Virus record (IMG/VR): IMGVR_UViG_3300032223_002826
Span: 1 to 53,581 of that record
Direction: 5' to 3' (one strand)
Length of the DNA: 53,581 bases
Source: a virus
Lineage: Duplodnaviria; Caudoviricetes
The notes beneath the pieces are model-generated. The model did not search any database. It saw nothing but the letters and a program-made list of their open reading frames with translations, and was not told where the DNA came from. A program made the position numbers and the translations under genes. Of this stretch, positions 1-10,778 are shown one piece after another (positions within the stretch are counted from its first letter, which is position 1; each line of letters starts with the position of its first letter).

Positions 1-82
1 ATTTGCACGAACAAATGCATACTGAATAGTTGTTGTAACTAGCGATGCATATGCAGTAAATGTAAGCAAAAATCTTTGCCCA
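1..82. repeat. 82-bp terminal direct repeat (identical to 53500-53581); circular assembly overlap
   Basis: ATTTGCACGA...TTTGCCCA occurs at both ends, and the tail-fibre reading frame runs continuously across the junction. Confidence 0.95.
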
Positions 83-2646
83 ACAAACTGTGGCGTGAAA
101 CTAACTTCAGCACCTGTTAGTGCGTAATATGTTCCAGCGGTCGTGATTGTTGTGGCATCTGCTGAACCTGCCTTATCATAGTTTCCATATACTGGCGTTG
201 TGATTGCGAAGTTATTGCCAACAGTGAGACCTGCAAATGATGGTGTGCTGGCAGTAGCGATCGACTGCGGAAGACTTAGCGTTACGGCACCATTGCTTGC
301 GCTTGCAGTTACTTGATTGGAAGTTCCTGTAATAGATGTTACGCCAGCGTGAATATGATCTTCGCGGGCTGCTGCGGACCCAGTGCCAACGGTATTCGTC
401 GTGCCAACGCTTGATGGCGTTACGCTTGTAAGAGAGACACCAGAGGCGCCAGCATGCACATGGTCTGCTCGTGCAGCCGTAGTTGCCGTACCAACAACAT
501 TTGACCCACCAACGCTTTGAGGCGCAGTGCTAGTAAGAATGTTCGCGTGCACATGGTCTTCTCTTGATGCAGTAGTGGCAGTTCCAGCGGCAGCAGTGCC
601 AAGAGCAGCAGGTGTTGCTACGCCAACAGCAGCCTTGCCATTTGCCAGATCATAGGCAGACTTGACCGCAGTTGGCGTCGCTGCAATGGTGCTGCTCGTT
701 GTGCTTGTTGAATCAGATAGTTGCACAACTCCAGCAACCGTAGTGCTTGCAGCGGCTGCAGCAATAGTAAGGTTAGCAGATAGTGCTTGACCAGTACCTG
801 AAACACCACCAATGGTAATCGGTGCAGTTCCTGTCAGCGTTCTGGTAGCAGGCACAGCGGCGTTTGCTGTGGTATTCGCGGTGTTTGCAAGGTCATATGC
901 TGACTTTACAGCCGTTGAAGTGGCGGCAAGGGTGCTGCTAGTAGTCGATGTGGAGTCACTCAACTGCACGACACCAGAAGCACTTGTGCTCGCGGCAGTT
1001 GCAGCAATCGTCAGGTTAGAAGAGAGCGCTTGCCCAGTACCAGATACTCCACCAACGGTTACTGGAGCGGTACCAGTTAGCGTACGCGTATTTGGGACTG
1101 CAGCGTTTGCTGTGGTATTTGCAGTATTGGCTAGATCGTATGCTGACTTTACGGCAGTAGGAGTTGCCGCAAGGGTACTACTTGTTGTGCTAGTAGAATC
1201 TGACAACTGAGCAATACCAGCAACGGTAGTGCTTGCAGCAGCGACATCGACCGTAGGCGCGGTAGATGTTCCGCCAATCGTGACGCGTGCAGACCCTGCA
1301 GACACGCTTGCGACCTTTGATGTCGCAGTATCATAGGCAGATTTCACTGCCGTTGAAGTGGCGGCAAGGGTGCTGCTGGTCGTGCTGGTTGAATCGCTCA
1401 ACTGAACAACGCCAGCAACGGTTGTAGACGCGGCTGCCACATCTACGGTAGGAGAGGTTGAGGTGCCACCGATTGTTACACGAGAAGATCCAGCGCTAAC
1501 GCTTGCAACTTTAGATGTTGCTGCATCATATGCTGACTTTACCGCAGTTGGGGTAGCAGCGAGCGTGCTGCTTGTCGTGCTAGTTGAGTCGCTTAACTGA
1601 ACAATACCAGCCGTAGTCGTACTTGCAGAGACGGCGTTCAGCGTTACTGATCCAGATGTTCCGCCACCCGTAAGACCAGTGCCAGCAACAACGGCGGTAA
1701 TATCACCAGTAGGAGCAAGCGCCTTCCACATCTTGACGCTATTATCCCAAGTAAGAACATAGCCGTCTGTCGGATCTGACGGGATGGAGACATCGTGAAG
1801 TTCAGTGAGTTCCAATCCATTTTGAATGGCAACAAAGATGCTACCATTGCCAGTGCTATTTCCCTTTACAACAGTTCCGACAATAACACCGTGAGATGGC
1901 TGCGTTGGTCGGGTCGATACGAATGCTCCAGGGGTAGAGTCAGAAAGGAAGAGTAGCGTACCATCAGCAAATCCATGAGTATCTACTGGGTCAATGACGC
2001 CAAAGTTTACTACATAGCCATTATTATTTCTGGTAATGTCGTTTTCTACCATGGCAAATGTTCGCGCAGATGTCGTATCGCTGGTAGCAATCGCCAGTGT
2101 GATTGTTGGAACTGTGCCACTAGATCCGTTAACATACACGATAGAACCACGAGGAATCGTGGTCGTACCAGTATTGCGAACTTCGGTCTTTAGTTTATAG
2201 GCAAACCCATCAAATGTAGAACCCCCCGAAGAGGCAGACCAAGCAGCAGAGCCATCGGTCTGTCGCGTGAGAACCTGACCAGCAGATCCAATCGTTGGAG
2301 CAGCCGTTCCAGCGCCAGTATAGATAGCGCCATTGCTATAGTCAATGGCAAAGCGCTGATATGCGCTTGCGCCCCAGACATCAATAATCTGATTCTCGCG
2401 CGTGTCTTTGTTCATGCTTACGCGAACACGATCACCTACATTGAGTTTAGCCCAGTCAGGAATGCGAAAATCTGTGCCATAGTCAGAAGATCCGCTACCG
2501 TAGATATACACAGATGCAAGGCGACCATCGCCAGATACCTGAGCAACTTTACCCCAAGTGGTATCTGATGCTGCCTCCGTGCCGACAGCCGTATCAATAC
2601 GGCGATCCATAACATCTAAAATGCGAGAAGCATGATTCTTATTCAT
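1..2646 (-). CDS. tail fibre protein, N-terminal part (continues at 53499-53278; about 955 aa total)
   Basis: ATG at 2646 overlaps the upstream TGA (ATGA); begins MNKNHASRILDVMDRRIDTAVG; frame open to position 1; five copies of AASTTxAGxVQLSDSTSTTSSTLAATPTAVKSAYD, the classic phage tail-fibre repeat (PF03406-like). Confidence 0.85.
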   Translation of the reverse strand, partial: MNKNHASRILDVMDRRIDTAVGTEAASDTTWGKVAQVSGDGRLASVYIYGSGSSDYGTDFRIPDWAKLNVGDRVRVSMNKDTRENQIIDVWGASAYQRFAIDYSNGAIYTGAGTAAPTIGSAGQVLTRQTDGSAAWSASSGGSTFDGFAYKLKTEVRNTGTTTIPRGSIVYVNGSSGTVPTITLAIATSDTTSARTFAMVENDITRNNNGYVVNFGVIDPVDTHGFADGTLLFLSDSTPGAFVSTRPTQPSHGVIVGTVVKGNSTGNGSIFVAIQNGLELTELHDVSIPSDPTDGYVLTWDNSVKMWKALAPTGDITAVVAGTGLTGGGTSGSVTLNAVSASTTTAGIVQLSDSTSTTSSTLAATPTAVKSAYDAATSKVASVSAGSSRVTIGGTSTSPTVDVAAASTTVAGVVQLSDSTSTTSSTLAATSTAVKSAYDTATSKVASVSAGSARVTIGGTSTAPTVDVAAASTTVAGIAQLSDSTSTTSSTLAATPTAVKSAYDLANTANTTANAAVPNTRTLTGTAPVTVGGVSGTGQALSSNLTIAATAASTSASGVVQLSDSTSTTSSTLAATSTAVKSAYDLANTANTTANAAVPATRTLTGTAPITIGGVSGTGQALSANLTIAAAAASTTVAGVVQLSDSTSTTSSTIAATPTAVKSAYDLANGKAAVGVATPAALGTAAAGTATTASREDHVHANILTSTAPQSVGGSNVVGTATTAARADHVHAGASGVSLTSVTPSSVGTTNTVGTGSAAAREDHIHAGVTSITGTSNQVTASASNGAVTLSLPQSIATASTPSFAGLTVGNNFAITTPVYGNYDKAGSADATTITTAGTYYALTGAEVSFTPQFVGQRFLLTFTAYASLVTTTIQYAFVRAN
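649..1630 (-). repeat. five tail-fibre repeat units (approx. 649-760, 893-1000, 1136-1245, 1330-1445, 1525-1630)
   Basis: recurrent peptide QLSDSTSTTSSTLAATxTAVKSAYD with synonymous divergence. Confidence 0.85.
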
Positions 2647-3827
2647 CCGATGTCAAACACCCTTTGCACCTTGATCACTTGCTTTGATGTTGCAAGTGGA
2701 ATACTAATGCTACGAATACGATATTTATTTGAGATCTTTGAAAAATCAGATTCCTTGATGGTAACACAATCGTTTTCCATCAATGATGGATTGCAAATAG
2801 TTTCCATCTCGATATCTTCCGTTGTAAATCCAGCCTTGAGGAATAACTTGGTTGCAGCCTTCTTGGCGGCAGCGGTATCGGCGATTGCGGCACTTTGATA
2901 GACATTTGTTCGACGACCAATCTTCGCAATGCTTGTTGGAGATGCAGCATTGTTATCTTCAATCTCATAATACACATTGTCATTTGTTGTTCTGTTGGAG
3001 TTTGTTCCAATAACTACAACATGATTATAAAGATCTTGATCGTTATATGCTGCTCGAAGAGAAAGGAGTGTTCCATTTTGAGAAGAGTCAAATGTCCACA
3101 CAGAAGCAGCATCTGCAGGGTCACGGAAATCCTGAAGCGTCAATGTGCCATTGACATCAAAATAAATGTCAATGCCTTTGCTATCAGCAATAGTCTTAAA
3201 GAATCCACCGATTGGCTCATCTTGACGGAGACTATATGCAGTTCCAAGAGTTTTTACGCTAGTCGGCTGATCTGCCAAATCTGAAAGGTTCATCCTACTT
3301 GCTGGAATACCAGCAAGTAAAGCAAGCGTCTTTACGGTTGCCGCTACGCCTGCAGTTGAAGCAAAGTTGTAGATATTTCCAGTCGTAGCCTTAGATAGCG
3401 CCTTCCAGCCGTCGCTTCCAGAAAGAACAACTGTCGACATACCGCGATCAACGATAACATCTGCGCTATCAATATAGAATGTTCCGACCGTGCAGTATTC
3501 TACATGATCGCCAAAGTCAATCCCTCGTTCAATCCTAACCAATCGATTAACATAAAACAAGCCAGACCAACTTGTATTTGGTCCAAAGACACCATCCTTA
3601 TTGACAAGGGACATAGAGAATGTTCTTCGTGTTTCTCGAGTAACATCCACATCGACAGTGCCGTCAATAATATAGTTCTGAATAAATCGCTCTGAGGGGA
3701 CACCGCTATTGTAGAATGTTCCGCCTGCAACAGGGTTTAGATTTGTATCAAGAACCTGTGCGCGAACAACGCTTCTATGAACTGGCGAGATCAGGGCATT
3801 TTGAAATGCTTGACTTACAGGGAACAT
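2643..3827 (-). CDS. minor tail / baseplate hub-like protein
   Basis: position between the distal tail gene and the fibre; TGATG coupling gives start MFPVSQAF; motifs YNHVVVIG and GRRT typical of siphophage minor tail proteins. Confidence 0.7.
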   Translation of the reverse strand: MFPVSQAFQNALISPVHRSVVRAQVLDTNLNPVAGGTFYNSGVPSERFIQNYIIDGTVDVDVTRETRRTFSMSLVNKDGVFGPNTSWSGLFYVNRLVRIERGIDFGDHVEYCTVGTFYIDSADVIVDRGMSTVVLSGSDGWKALSKATTGNIYNFASTAGVAATVKTLALLAGIPASRMNLSDLADQPTSVKTLGTAYSLRQDEPIGGFFKTIADSKGIDIYFDVNGTLTLQDFRDPADAASVWTFDSSQNGTLLSLRAAYNDQDLYNHVVVIGTNSNRTTNDNVYYEIEDNNAASPTSIAKIGRRTNVYQSAAIADTAAAKKAATKLFLKAGFTTEDIEMETICNPSLMENDCVTIKESDFSKISNKYRIRSISIPLATSKQVIKVQRVFDIG

Positions 3828-4474
3828 CAGACCACCTGAATCCAGCCAACCGTCATCTCCAGTGCTCCGCGAACAAGATATCGCTTTGACGGCGTGCCAA
3901 ACTCTGCGCTCCAAACATCGCCAAATGGAGACTTGAGGATATGTGGACCAGTTGTATTTGTTAGATACTCAAATAGAATCTGACCGTCCCGAGCCTCAGA
4001 TGGCTCAAAGCGAACGGTAATGGTACCTTCAGCGCCAAGAACATTTCCGCGAACAATCGTTTTGCGCGATGAGCCAAGAGGCTCAAATACTTCTTGCTGA
4101 ACTGGAGTCTGATGGCTTTCTTCTGTAATAACAAGAGTGGCAATATGTGCACGAGCAAAGTCAGCGCCAATCACAGCCCAGTCGTCAACTTCAATGGAAA
4201 CAGTAACAATGTCCCCATCCCCAGATTCTAGCAATGTAGTCTTATTAAACTGTGTTACCTTGTATTCATATGTCTCATTGAAGCCAGCCCCATAGTCTCG
4301 AGTTGTCGTTACAACTTTTGAACTAATCTCTTGAATCTTAGCCCAAACCTGAGCCGCTGGCTCACCAGACGGTTCTCGGCGATAAACAAAATAGCCACCA
4401 AAGTCTGCGTCAGCAATCGTTGAAGCATCCCAAGAGAGAAGTACCGATGTACCCGGAGTTACAATAAGTGCCAT
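3827..4474 (-). CDS. minor tail protein (FN3-like N-terminus, distal-tail-like C-terminus)
   Basis: 215 aa, AGGAG RBS, tail module position. Confidence 0.6.
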   Translation of the reverse strand: MALIVTPGTSVLLSWDASTIADADFGGYFVYRREPSGEPAAQVWAKIQEISSKVVTTTRDYGAGFNETYEYKVTQFNKTTLLESGDGDIVTVSIEVDDWAVIGADFARAHIATLVITEESHQTPVQQEVFEPLGSSRKTIVRGNVLGAEGTITVRFEPSEARDGQILFEYLTNTTGPHILKSPFGDVWSAEFGTPSKRYLVRGALEMTVGWIQVV

Positions 4475-4483
4475 GTCTCCTCC

Positions 4484-7384
4484 TTAGTCTAGCGTAACAG
4501 AGAAGCCAGTCACAGACGCTGGTGGCGTCCACGAGGCATTTACTGTAGCGACATTTGAAACAGATGATACCAGATCAGTATCCTTTGTAACAAGTGTGAT
4601 TTTGTACTGAGTATTGTTCTGGATATATCCATTTGGAATAGTGGCATTTCCAGATGAAGAGATGACCTCGCCAGTGTCATATACCTTAGTATCATCTGCA
4701 GAAAGTGTTACAACAACTTGATATGTATATTGCGACTTACTTCCCGGGCTAGAGAATGACCAGTTGACTTGAACAATCGGAGACGATACAGAACTTGTTG
4801 GGCTAGTAATCGCGGCAGTCGGAATCTTTGTAATCCTAAACTGATTCGCGCTTGTCCAAGCACCAGCCTGCGACTTACTATCTGTATAGCGAACGCGCAC
4901 GCGATAAGTAGTATCATAGGCAAGCGTTGTTCCGCCAGCACCAGCAGTCGTAGTGACTCCTGTTGCTCCCCTAGAAAGACTATTCTGACCAGCAATCAGA
5001 CTTGCAGAGTTTGACATTGTGTACATGACGACGCTATCTGAGTCTTGAGAAACTTCTGCCTCAAATAGTGTTGGATAGTCGCCAAAAACATCTTGGTCTG
5101 CGTCAACAAAAACTGCAGATACAGTTGGGTTTGGAGTTGTGACAGTATCAATAATAATCTGATTTTGAGTTGGCACAAGACCAGTTGAAGGAGATGGAAG
5201 TGCATTAATCTTAAAAGTCTTCAATGCGCTATATGAACCAACTGGACCCGTTGACTTCGTATATCGAGCCTGCCAGTAATATCTGGTGCCAGCCTCCAAA
5301 GCAGTAGATCCGTTATACACCTTTGAGAATGATGTTGCTGCAGTTTGTGAGATATCTCCGCTATTCCAAATCAGAGTTGCTGCGTCACTTCCGTAAAGAA
5401 GAATCCTGTAGGCAGTAGCAGATTCGCTATTATAGGTTGTTCCGCTTAGCGTTGGTGTGAGCGTAGAAATCCAAGCATTGTCGGTTGGAGCAGTAATCGT
5501 TGGAATGCCAGCAGCGTCTGTTGTAAAGTCAACAACTCCTGAATACCCGCTGCCCCAAGTTGATCCGCTATCTGCAGATACGCGTACTTTCCAAGCATAG
5601 TTCGTATTCCAAGTAAGTGCAGTTGAGCCAGCATAAGTATACGACTTTGATGTTGCGCTGGCGTGAGTAACTGTTCCACTATCAAAAATAATGGTGGTAT
5701 TATCGCTTGCGTATACAATCAACTGGTATGCATTGAATGATGCAGTTCTGCTAAACTGGAATGATGGCGTGAGACTTGTGATTGGAGAACCGATTGGCGC
5801 AGTTTGCGTGATTGCGCCAGCCGCTGGAGTGACAAACGAAGAGAATACCGTATAGTCACTTGTTCCGCCAACTGAAGAAGTTACACGAGCCTTCCACTTA
5901 TATGTAGTTGAGTAAGATAGAGTTGTTCCAATATATCCAATCGAGAATGTCGAAGATGTAACTCCAGATGTAAGAACTCCGCTATCCCAGATAAGTGTTG
6001 ACTCGTCATTTGCGTACAAAAGAATCTGAACAGAAGTCAACGATTCGGCTGAAGAGGATCGGTCTCCAGTGAATGTTGGCGCGATGCTCGACGAGACAGT
6101 TGCTCCAGATGGAGCAAGATTGATTGGCGCTCCAGTCTTGTGCGTAGCAAATGACTGATCAGAAGAATAGTTTGATGTTGCATTATTCTGATCTGTTGTG
6201 CTCGCGGATACCTTATAGGATGAGCCCCATGAAAGATTTGGGGTTCCCGGGTATGCAAAGGTAATATTTTGAGCAGTCAGTCCAGTTGCAGTACTCGTTG
6301 CGATTGTGGACCCAGACGAATCTTTCCAAAGAACGGAATATGACTTGATGCTATCCGTCAGATCAGCATCGTTATTGGCAATATTGATTGATGGTGTCAA
6401 GGTTCCAAGGTCAGCAGACGGCTGCGTCGTAATAGTTACAACAGGAGCAGATGGGACATTATTGGCAATGAATGACTGCTGGGCAGAGAAGGCTCCAGCA
6501 ACACCAGCGGCATCCTTCGTTCGTGCTTGCCACTTGTAGGTAACATTACCAGTAAGCGATGAGCCGCCATAGATGTTGCTAAACGATGTTCCAGATGCGG
6601 CAACCCAGCCAGAATCATAAATCAGCGTTGTTCCATCAGATGCGTAGACTTGATAGTTTACTGCAGAAAGCGTATCGCCAGCATCTGGGTCGCTGAATAA
6701 GCCAGAGAGCGTTGGGGTAACAGAGTTAACAACCACACCGCCAGTTGGGGAAAGATTGGTTGGGGCATTTGGAGCAGTATTGGTGGTGTAGGTAATGTTG
6801 AGAGTTGGTCGATATGCTGAAGTCGTATTCTCCCTTGAGCCAAACTCCATGTAATGAGCAGTTGAAGTGAGGTTATTATTATAGAGAACAAATCCATTAT
6901 TTGCTGAGCCAGTAAACCAACTGCGAACAATGTCAGTGACAAGCAATGTGATGGTCGACCCATCAGTCTTTGACCCAATGGCAGTGGTATATGTCTGATC
7001 TGCCGTCGCGTAGTCGCTATCAGGCGTGTCGGTATAAAGATGGCTATTATATGTACCAGATGCATTCGTCCAAGAGTTTTCTGCGCCAGCCTGTTCTGTC
7101 CATGCGCGAAGGCTTCTAGCAGCATAAAGCGTCTTGTTGCTATTCGAACCAAAGGCTCCATGATATGAAGTGACTTTGAGCGTCAAGGTCGCATTAGTAA
7201 TACTCGTCATACCGCTAAAGGAAATAGGGAAATAGATCAATGAGCGGGCAGCAAAGGTTGAAGAGAATGCCCCTACGGGATGATGCTGGTCAAACCCGTT
7301 CCAGTCGGAAGTATAGTTGCTTACTCCGCTTGGGTCATAAATAGCGCTTGCGTCTTTAGTAGAACTATAAGTTACAGAAGCCAT
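4484..7384 (-). CDS. large Ser/Thr-rich minor tail protein: DNRLRE/CBM-like N-terminal domain plus about 6 Ig/FN3-like repeats
   Basis: 966 aa directly after tape measure; ARSLIYF..ITNATLTL..NNGFVL..EFGSRE..YRPTLNITY; repeated TYKWQAR/TYKWKAR/NYAWKVR/RYYWQAR. Confidence 0.75.
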   Translation of the reverse strand: MASVTYSSTKDASAIYDPSGVSNYTSDWNGFDQHHPVGAFSSTFAARSLIYFPISFSGMTSITNATLTLKVTSYHGAFGSNSNKTLYAARSLRAWTEQAGAENSWTNASGTYNSHLYTDTPDSDYATADQTYTTAIGSKTDGSTITLLVTDIVRSWFTGSANNGFVLYNNNLTSTAHYMEFGSRENTTSAYRPTLNITYTTNTAPNAPTNLSPTGGVVVNSVTPTLSGLFSDPDAGDTLSAVNYQVYASDGTTLIYDSGWVAASGTSFSNIYGGSSLTGNVTYKWQARTKDAAGVAGAFSAQQSFIANNVPSAPVVTITTQPSADLGTLTPSINIANNDADLTDSIKSYSVLWKDSSGSTIATSTATGLTAQNITFAYPGTPNLSWGSSYKVSASTTDQNNATSNYSSDQSFATHKTGAPINLAPSGATVSSSIAPTFTGDRSSSAESLTSVQILLYANDESTLIWDSGVLTSGVTSSTFSIGYIGTTLSYSTTYKWKARVTSSVGGTSDYTVFSSFVTPAAGAITQTAPIGSPITSLTPSFQFSRTASFNAYQLIVYASDNTTIIFDSGTVTHASATSKSYTYAGSTALTWNTNYAWKVRVSADSGSTWGSGYSGVVDFTTDAAGIPTITAPTDNAWISTLTPTLSGTTYNSESATAYRILLYGSDAATLIWNSGDISQTAATSFSKVYNGSTALEAGTRYYWQARYTKSTGPVGSYSALKTFKINALPSPSTGLVPTQNQIIIDTVTTPNPTVSAVFVDADQDVFGDYPTLFEAEVSQDSDSVVMYTMSNSASLIAGQNSLSRGATGVTTTAGAGGTTLAYDTTYRVRVRYTDSKSQAGAWTSANQFRITKIPTAAITSPTSSVSSPIVQVNWSFSSPGSKSQYTYQVVVTLSADDTKVYDTGEVISSSGNATIPNGYIQNNTQYKITLVTKDTDLVSSVSNVATVNASWTPPASVTGFSVTLD

Positions 7385-10047
7385 CAGCCCACCGCCGCCA
7401 TCTGCTCAAGCGAGCGTACAAGCGCACCAGACTCAATCGCGCCAGCAATCTGCGAAGCAGTAAGCGCATCGACAGCGCCGTCAGGCGAGGTCACCTCAAC
7501 CTTGAGGCTGATTGTTCGCGTATTGTCCGATACCACGCTATATCCTCCGTTTGTTCCAAGCCCAATGTTTGCGGTCGTAGAAGCCGCAGCCTGAGCCAAA
7601 GCCATTGAGTAATCCTGCATTGCAATCAATGCGGAGTCAGTATTGGTAATACCGTTAGCAAGACCTTGAACAATGTTTTCGCCAATGCCAGCCATCAACT
7701 TGCTTGGGCTCTTGATACCAAGGAAATCCTTGATTGGTCCCGGAATCACATCCTTGATGAACTGAGCCACCTTATCGATAAGCCAGCCAATAAGACCAGT
7801 AATACCGTTCCAAAGACCTTGCACAATCGCAGCGCCAATGTCAATAAATGTTTTGATCCCGTCAGTCAGGAACCATTTCATCAGGTTTCCAACAAGTTTT
7901 CCAAGAGCATCAAGCAAGAATGGAATAGCCTTTGGAACCCATGAAATAAATGCATCAATAAAGTTCAGAACTACTTTTTGGATTGTCGGAATATTGTTAA
8001 ACACCCAAATAATAATCATTCCCAAGAACTTGACAAGATTTGCAAGCAGCATTGGGATAGCGTCAACAAGCCACCCAACAAACGCCAAAGCCCATTCCAT
8101 CAACTGATTGACGATGTCCCCAGCATGATCACCAAGCCATGATAGCATACTGCTAAGGAAGTTGCCAATAGCAAGAAGCATGGGAGGAACCGCTTCAAGA
8201 ATCCAGCGGAATAGAGCACTACCTAGTTGCGCAAGTGCTGGCACAAGGGCTGAAAGGAACTCAGCAACTTTTGCAAGAAGATATTGGAATGCACCTGCAA
8301 GGGTAGTCCCCATCTGCGGCATTGCCTGAATGATCCAAACAACGAATGCGCTACCCCACTCAAGGAGAGCATTTGTAATGGCTGGGATTGCGTTAGCAAT
8401 CTCAGTCAAAATGTTTCCAATGAATGTTACAACATCCATCAGCGCAACGCTTAAGGTTGATCCAGCCTTCTTACCAGTATCCATCATGACACTTGCAACG
8501 ATACCGATTGCAATCCCAACTACCGCAAGGGCTGCGGCGAAAGCAAGGGCTGCCGCAATAACTTCTGGCGCAAGCAGCAGGTTCATTACAAAGGTTAGAC
8601 CAGCGACAATCCCAAGAAGACTGCCGATGACTGTAAGTAAACCACCAATAGCAACGGTAATAATGCCAAGGGCTGCAGCAAACCGAACAAGTTGTGGGTT
8701 TTTCTTAATGATTTCGTTAAGAGCAACAACCCACTCTTCAACCTTTTTGACGATTGGCGTTAGGTACTCGGCAGCAACGCGACCGACGGTATTCTTTACC
8801 GCTTCCCATGCACGATTAAGACCTTCGGTAACACCCTTCCAACTGTCAGAGAGCATTGAGAAGTCTTTATCGAGAGACTTTGTTGCATCAGTGCTAACTC
8901 CGCCAAGTACATCGATAGCGCTTGCGTAATCCTTAACATCCTTCTTGCCGCCAGCAAACAGTTCCATCTGCTTATTAAGCAGAGGCATCATCGTTCGAGC
9001 GGCGTTCTGTGTAAATAGTTGATTGATGAGGCGCTGCTTTTCTTCGTCGTTTAGACCCTTCATTGAGTAAGCAAGGATCTTCACAGAGTTGCGCAAACCA
9101 ACAAACTTACCAGCAGGGAAGATCATCTTTGAGAATGTCTTCGTTCCACCATAGACGCTCTTGAACAGTTTATCCATTTCTGTTCGAGCCTGCTTAGATG
9201 GGTTTGCCAACTTATTGAATACCTGGGCAAGTCCGCGACCAGCAATACCGCCTCGGAGACCAAGGTTTCCAAGTGCGCCAAGTGCGGCGGCAACATCCTC
9301 AAATGGAATCTTTAGGTTATGCGCGGCAGTACCAGCGTACTTGAACGCTTCAATCACATTTGGGAACTCGAGTGCGGTAGCCTTAGTGTATCCGTAGAGG
9401 AGATTCGTTACATCTGAGACATTCTTGATACCCTGCTCTGTTCCGTCAAAGGTCATGCCAAACTGCTGCATAACTCCCAAGACGCCCTTAGTTGCCAACT
9501 CGTAGTCAGTCTGAGTAAGCGCCGCCGCCTTCATCACTGGGATGAAGCGTGCCATCAGTTTTTGAATATCATTCTGCTTTGTAATCGTTTCGCCAGTTGC
9601 AGAAGCCCAGAAGTAAAGACCTTGAGCAACATCTGTTGCTGGGAACAACTTGAGTTGAATGGCAGCCTTATTGATGGCATCTTGAAGGTCAATCGTTGTC
9701 GCGGAACCATCCTTAGCCTTGCCATTGAAGAAGTTCAACGCACCAGCGGCTCGATTGACCATAAACTCGAAATCGCCAAACTGCTTTAGTGAATCAGTAA
9801 TCGGGGCAAGCATCGATTGACCAGCAGACATAATCTGTCCACCAAGAATCTGCATACGGAATCCAGCACGGAACACACCGTCAAGACCCTTTTGAGCATC
9901 ATTGACGGCGCCTAGGAATCCACGGCTTGCTCCTTGGGCATTCTCAGCAGCCTTGGAGGTACCATCGATCTGCTTCTTGACATTGTCAAGAGCCTTGCTA
10001 TTCTGGACCGATACCATTACCTTTAGCGCGATTTCGGGATTTGCCAT
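7384..10047 (-). CDS. tape measure protein (TP901-type)
   Basis: 887 aa, Ala/Gly-rich helical; GLRGGIAGRGL core, hydrophobic segment, Trp-periodic repeats, FLGIKSPSK motif. Confidence 0.95.
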   Translation of the reverse strand: MANPEIALKVMVSVQNSKALDNVKKQIDGTSKAAENAQGASRGFLGAVNDAQKGLDGVFRAGFRMQILGGQIMSAGQSMLAPITDSLKQFGDFEFMVNRAAGALNFFNGKAKDGSATTIDLQDAINKAAIQLKLFPATDVAQGLYFWASATGETITKQNDIQKLMARFIPVMKAAALTQTDYELATKGVLGVMQQFGMTFDGTEQGIKNVSDVTNLLYGYTKATALEFPNVIEAFKYAGTAAHNLKIPFEDVAAALGALGNLGLRGGIAGRGLAQVFNKLANPSKQARTEMDKLFKSVYGGTKTFSKMIFPAGKFVGLRNSVKILAYSMKGLNDEEKQRLINQLFTQNAARTMMPLLNKQMELFAGGKKDVKDYASAIDVLGGVSTDATKSLDKDFSMLSDSWKGVTEGLNRAWEAVKNTVGRVAAEYLTPIVKKVEEWVVALNEIIKKNPQLVRFAAALGIITVAIGGLLTVIGSLLGIVAGLTFVMNLLLAPEVIAAALAFAAALAVVGIAIGIVASVMMDTGKKAGSTLSVALMDVVTFIGNILTEIANAIPAITNALLEWGSAFVVWIIQAMPQMGTTLAGAFQYLLAKVAEFLSALVPALAQLGSALFRWILEAVPPMLLAIGNFLSSMLSWLGDHAGDIVNQLMEWALAFVGWLVDAIPMLLANLVKFLGMIIIWVFNNIPTIQKVVLNFIDAFISWVPKAIPFLLDALGKLVGNLMKWFLTDGIKTFIDIGAAIVQGLWNGITGLIGWLIDKVAQFIKDVIPGPIKDFLGIKSPSKLMAGIGENIVQGLANGITNTDSALIAMQDYSMALAQAAASTTANIGLGTNGGYSVVSDNTRTISLKVEVTSPDGAVDALTASQIAGAIESGALVRSLEQMAAVG

Positions 10048-10055
10048 TCTACCTC

Positions 10056-10117
10056 AAATAAAAAAAGGAGCGCACCTGTAAGCCGACCTTAGTCTCTTGG
10101 CTCCAAGTGCGCCCTCC
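10056..10117 (-). terminator. intrinsic terminator-like hairpin plus U-tract upstream of the tape measure gene
   Basis: minus strand GGAGGGCGCAC...GTGCGCTCC followed by TTTTTTTT. Confidence 0.6.
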
Positions 10118-10429
10118 TCAGCGCGACAAAATCTTATTGGCTGCGGTGACTTCCCCAGCCTTGAAATGCTCAAAAATATCCATTAGCCAGTTTGACTGAT
10201 CAAGCAGTCCCCCAGCCTTTGGTAGACAATGCAGCGCAACTGGAAAACGAACGATTTTTGTTTCGTTCTGCTTTCCACCGTTCTTGCTCACCTCAACGGA
10301 GAACACCTGCAGGGAACGGCACATGGTGTAGACAATATATGATTCGGCAATCCGAGGGTTCTTTGCCCGAAGGCTATCGGTCCTCAGACCCTCTGCGCTT
10401 AGGCGCGCGAGGTCGAAGGCGCTTTTCCC
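10118..10429 (-). CDS. tail assembly chaperone gpGT C-terminal portion (-1 frameshift product)
   Basis: G GGA AAA slippery site at 10429-10423; -1 frame GKSAFDLARL...YTMCRSLQ is open to the stop at 10118. Confidence 0.85.
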   Translation of the reverse strand, partial: GKSAFDLARLSAEGLRTDSLRAKNPRIAESYIVYTMCRSLQVFSVEVSKNGGKQNETKIVRFPVALHCLPKAGGLLDQSNWLMDIFEHFKAGEVTAANKILSR

Positions 10430-10752
10430 GCGTTGATATCCGGCGTCATCGACGAGAAGTGATCTGCAAGAACCTGATCAAGCGTTGCGCTTGACTCCTG
10501 AGCCAAGGCAAGGTAGTTATCTACATTTGGTTCAACATCAAGTGACCAGCCAAGGACAAGAGCCTCGAATAGCGCGCCTTGAAATGCTAGACCCTCTGAA
10601 ACGGTAAGACCTTCCTTCGAGACATCCTTATCGGGCATCTGACGAACGAGCGAGTTGAAATCGCCCTTGGAAAGATCAGACTTGACTTCGACCCAATCGC
10701 CGTCGCCAAGATCAATGCGCTTTTTTTCTACGGAAGCAATGCGAAGTGCCAT
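10399..10752 (-). CDS. tail assembly chaperone gpG
   Basis: 117 aa between tail tube and tape measure; GGAGGAGG RBS; slippery site near the end. Confidence 0.85.
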   Translation of the reverse strand: MALRIASVEKKRIDLGDGDWVEVKSDLSKGDFNSLVRQMPDKDVSKEGLTVSEGLAFQGALFEALVLGWSLDVEPNVDNYLALAQESSATLDQVLADHFSSMTPDINAGKAPSTSRA

Positions 10753-10778
10753 TTTGTACTCCTCCTCCAGTTTGGGGT

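Noticed and set aside
1-82. Biological direct terminal repeat
   Set aside because: It falls in the middle of a gene and is best explained as assembler overlap
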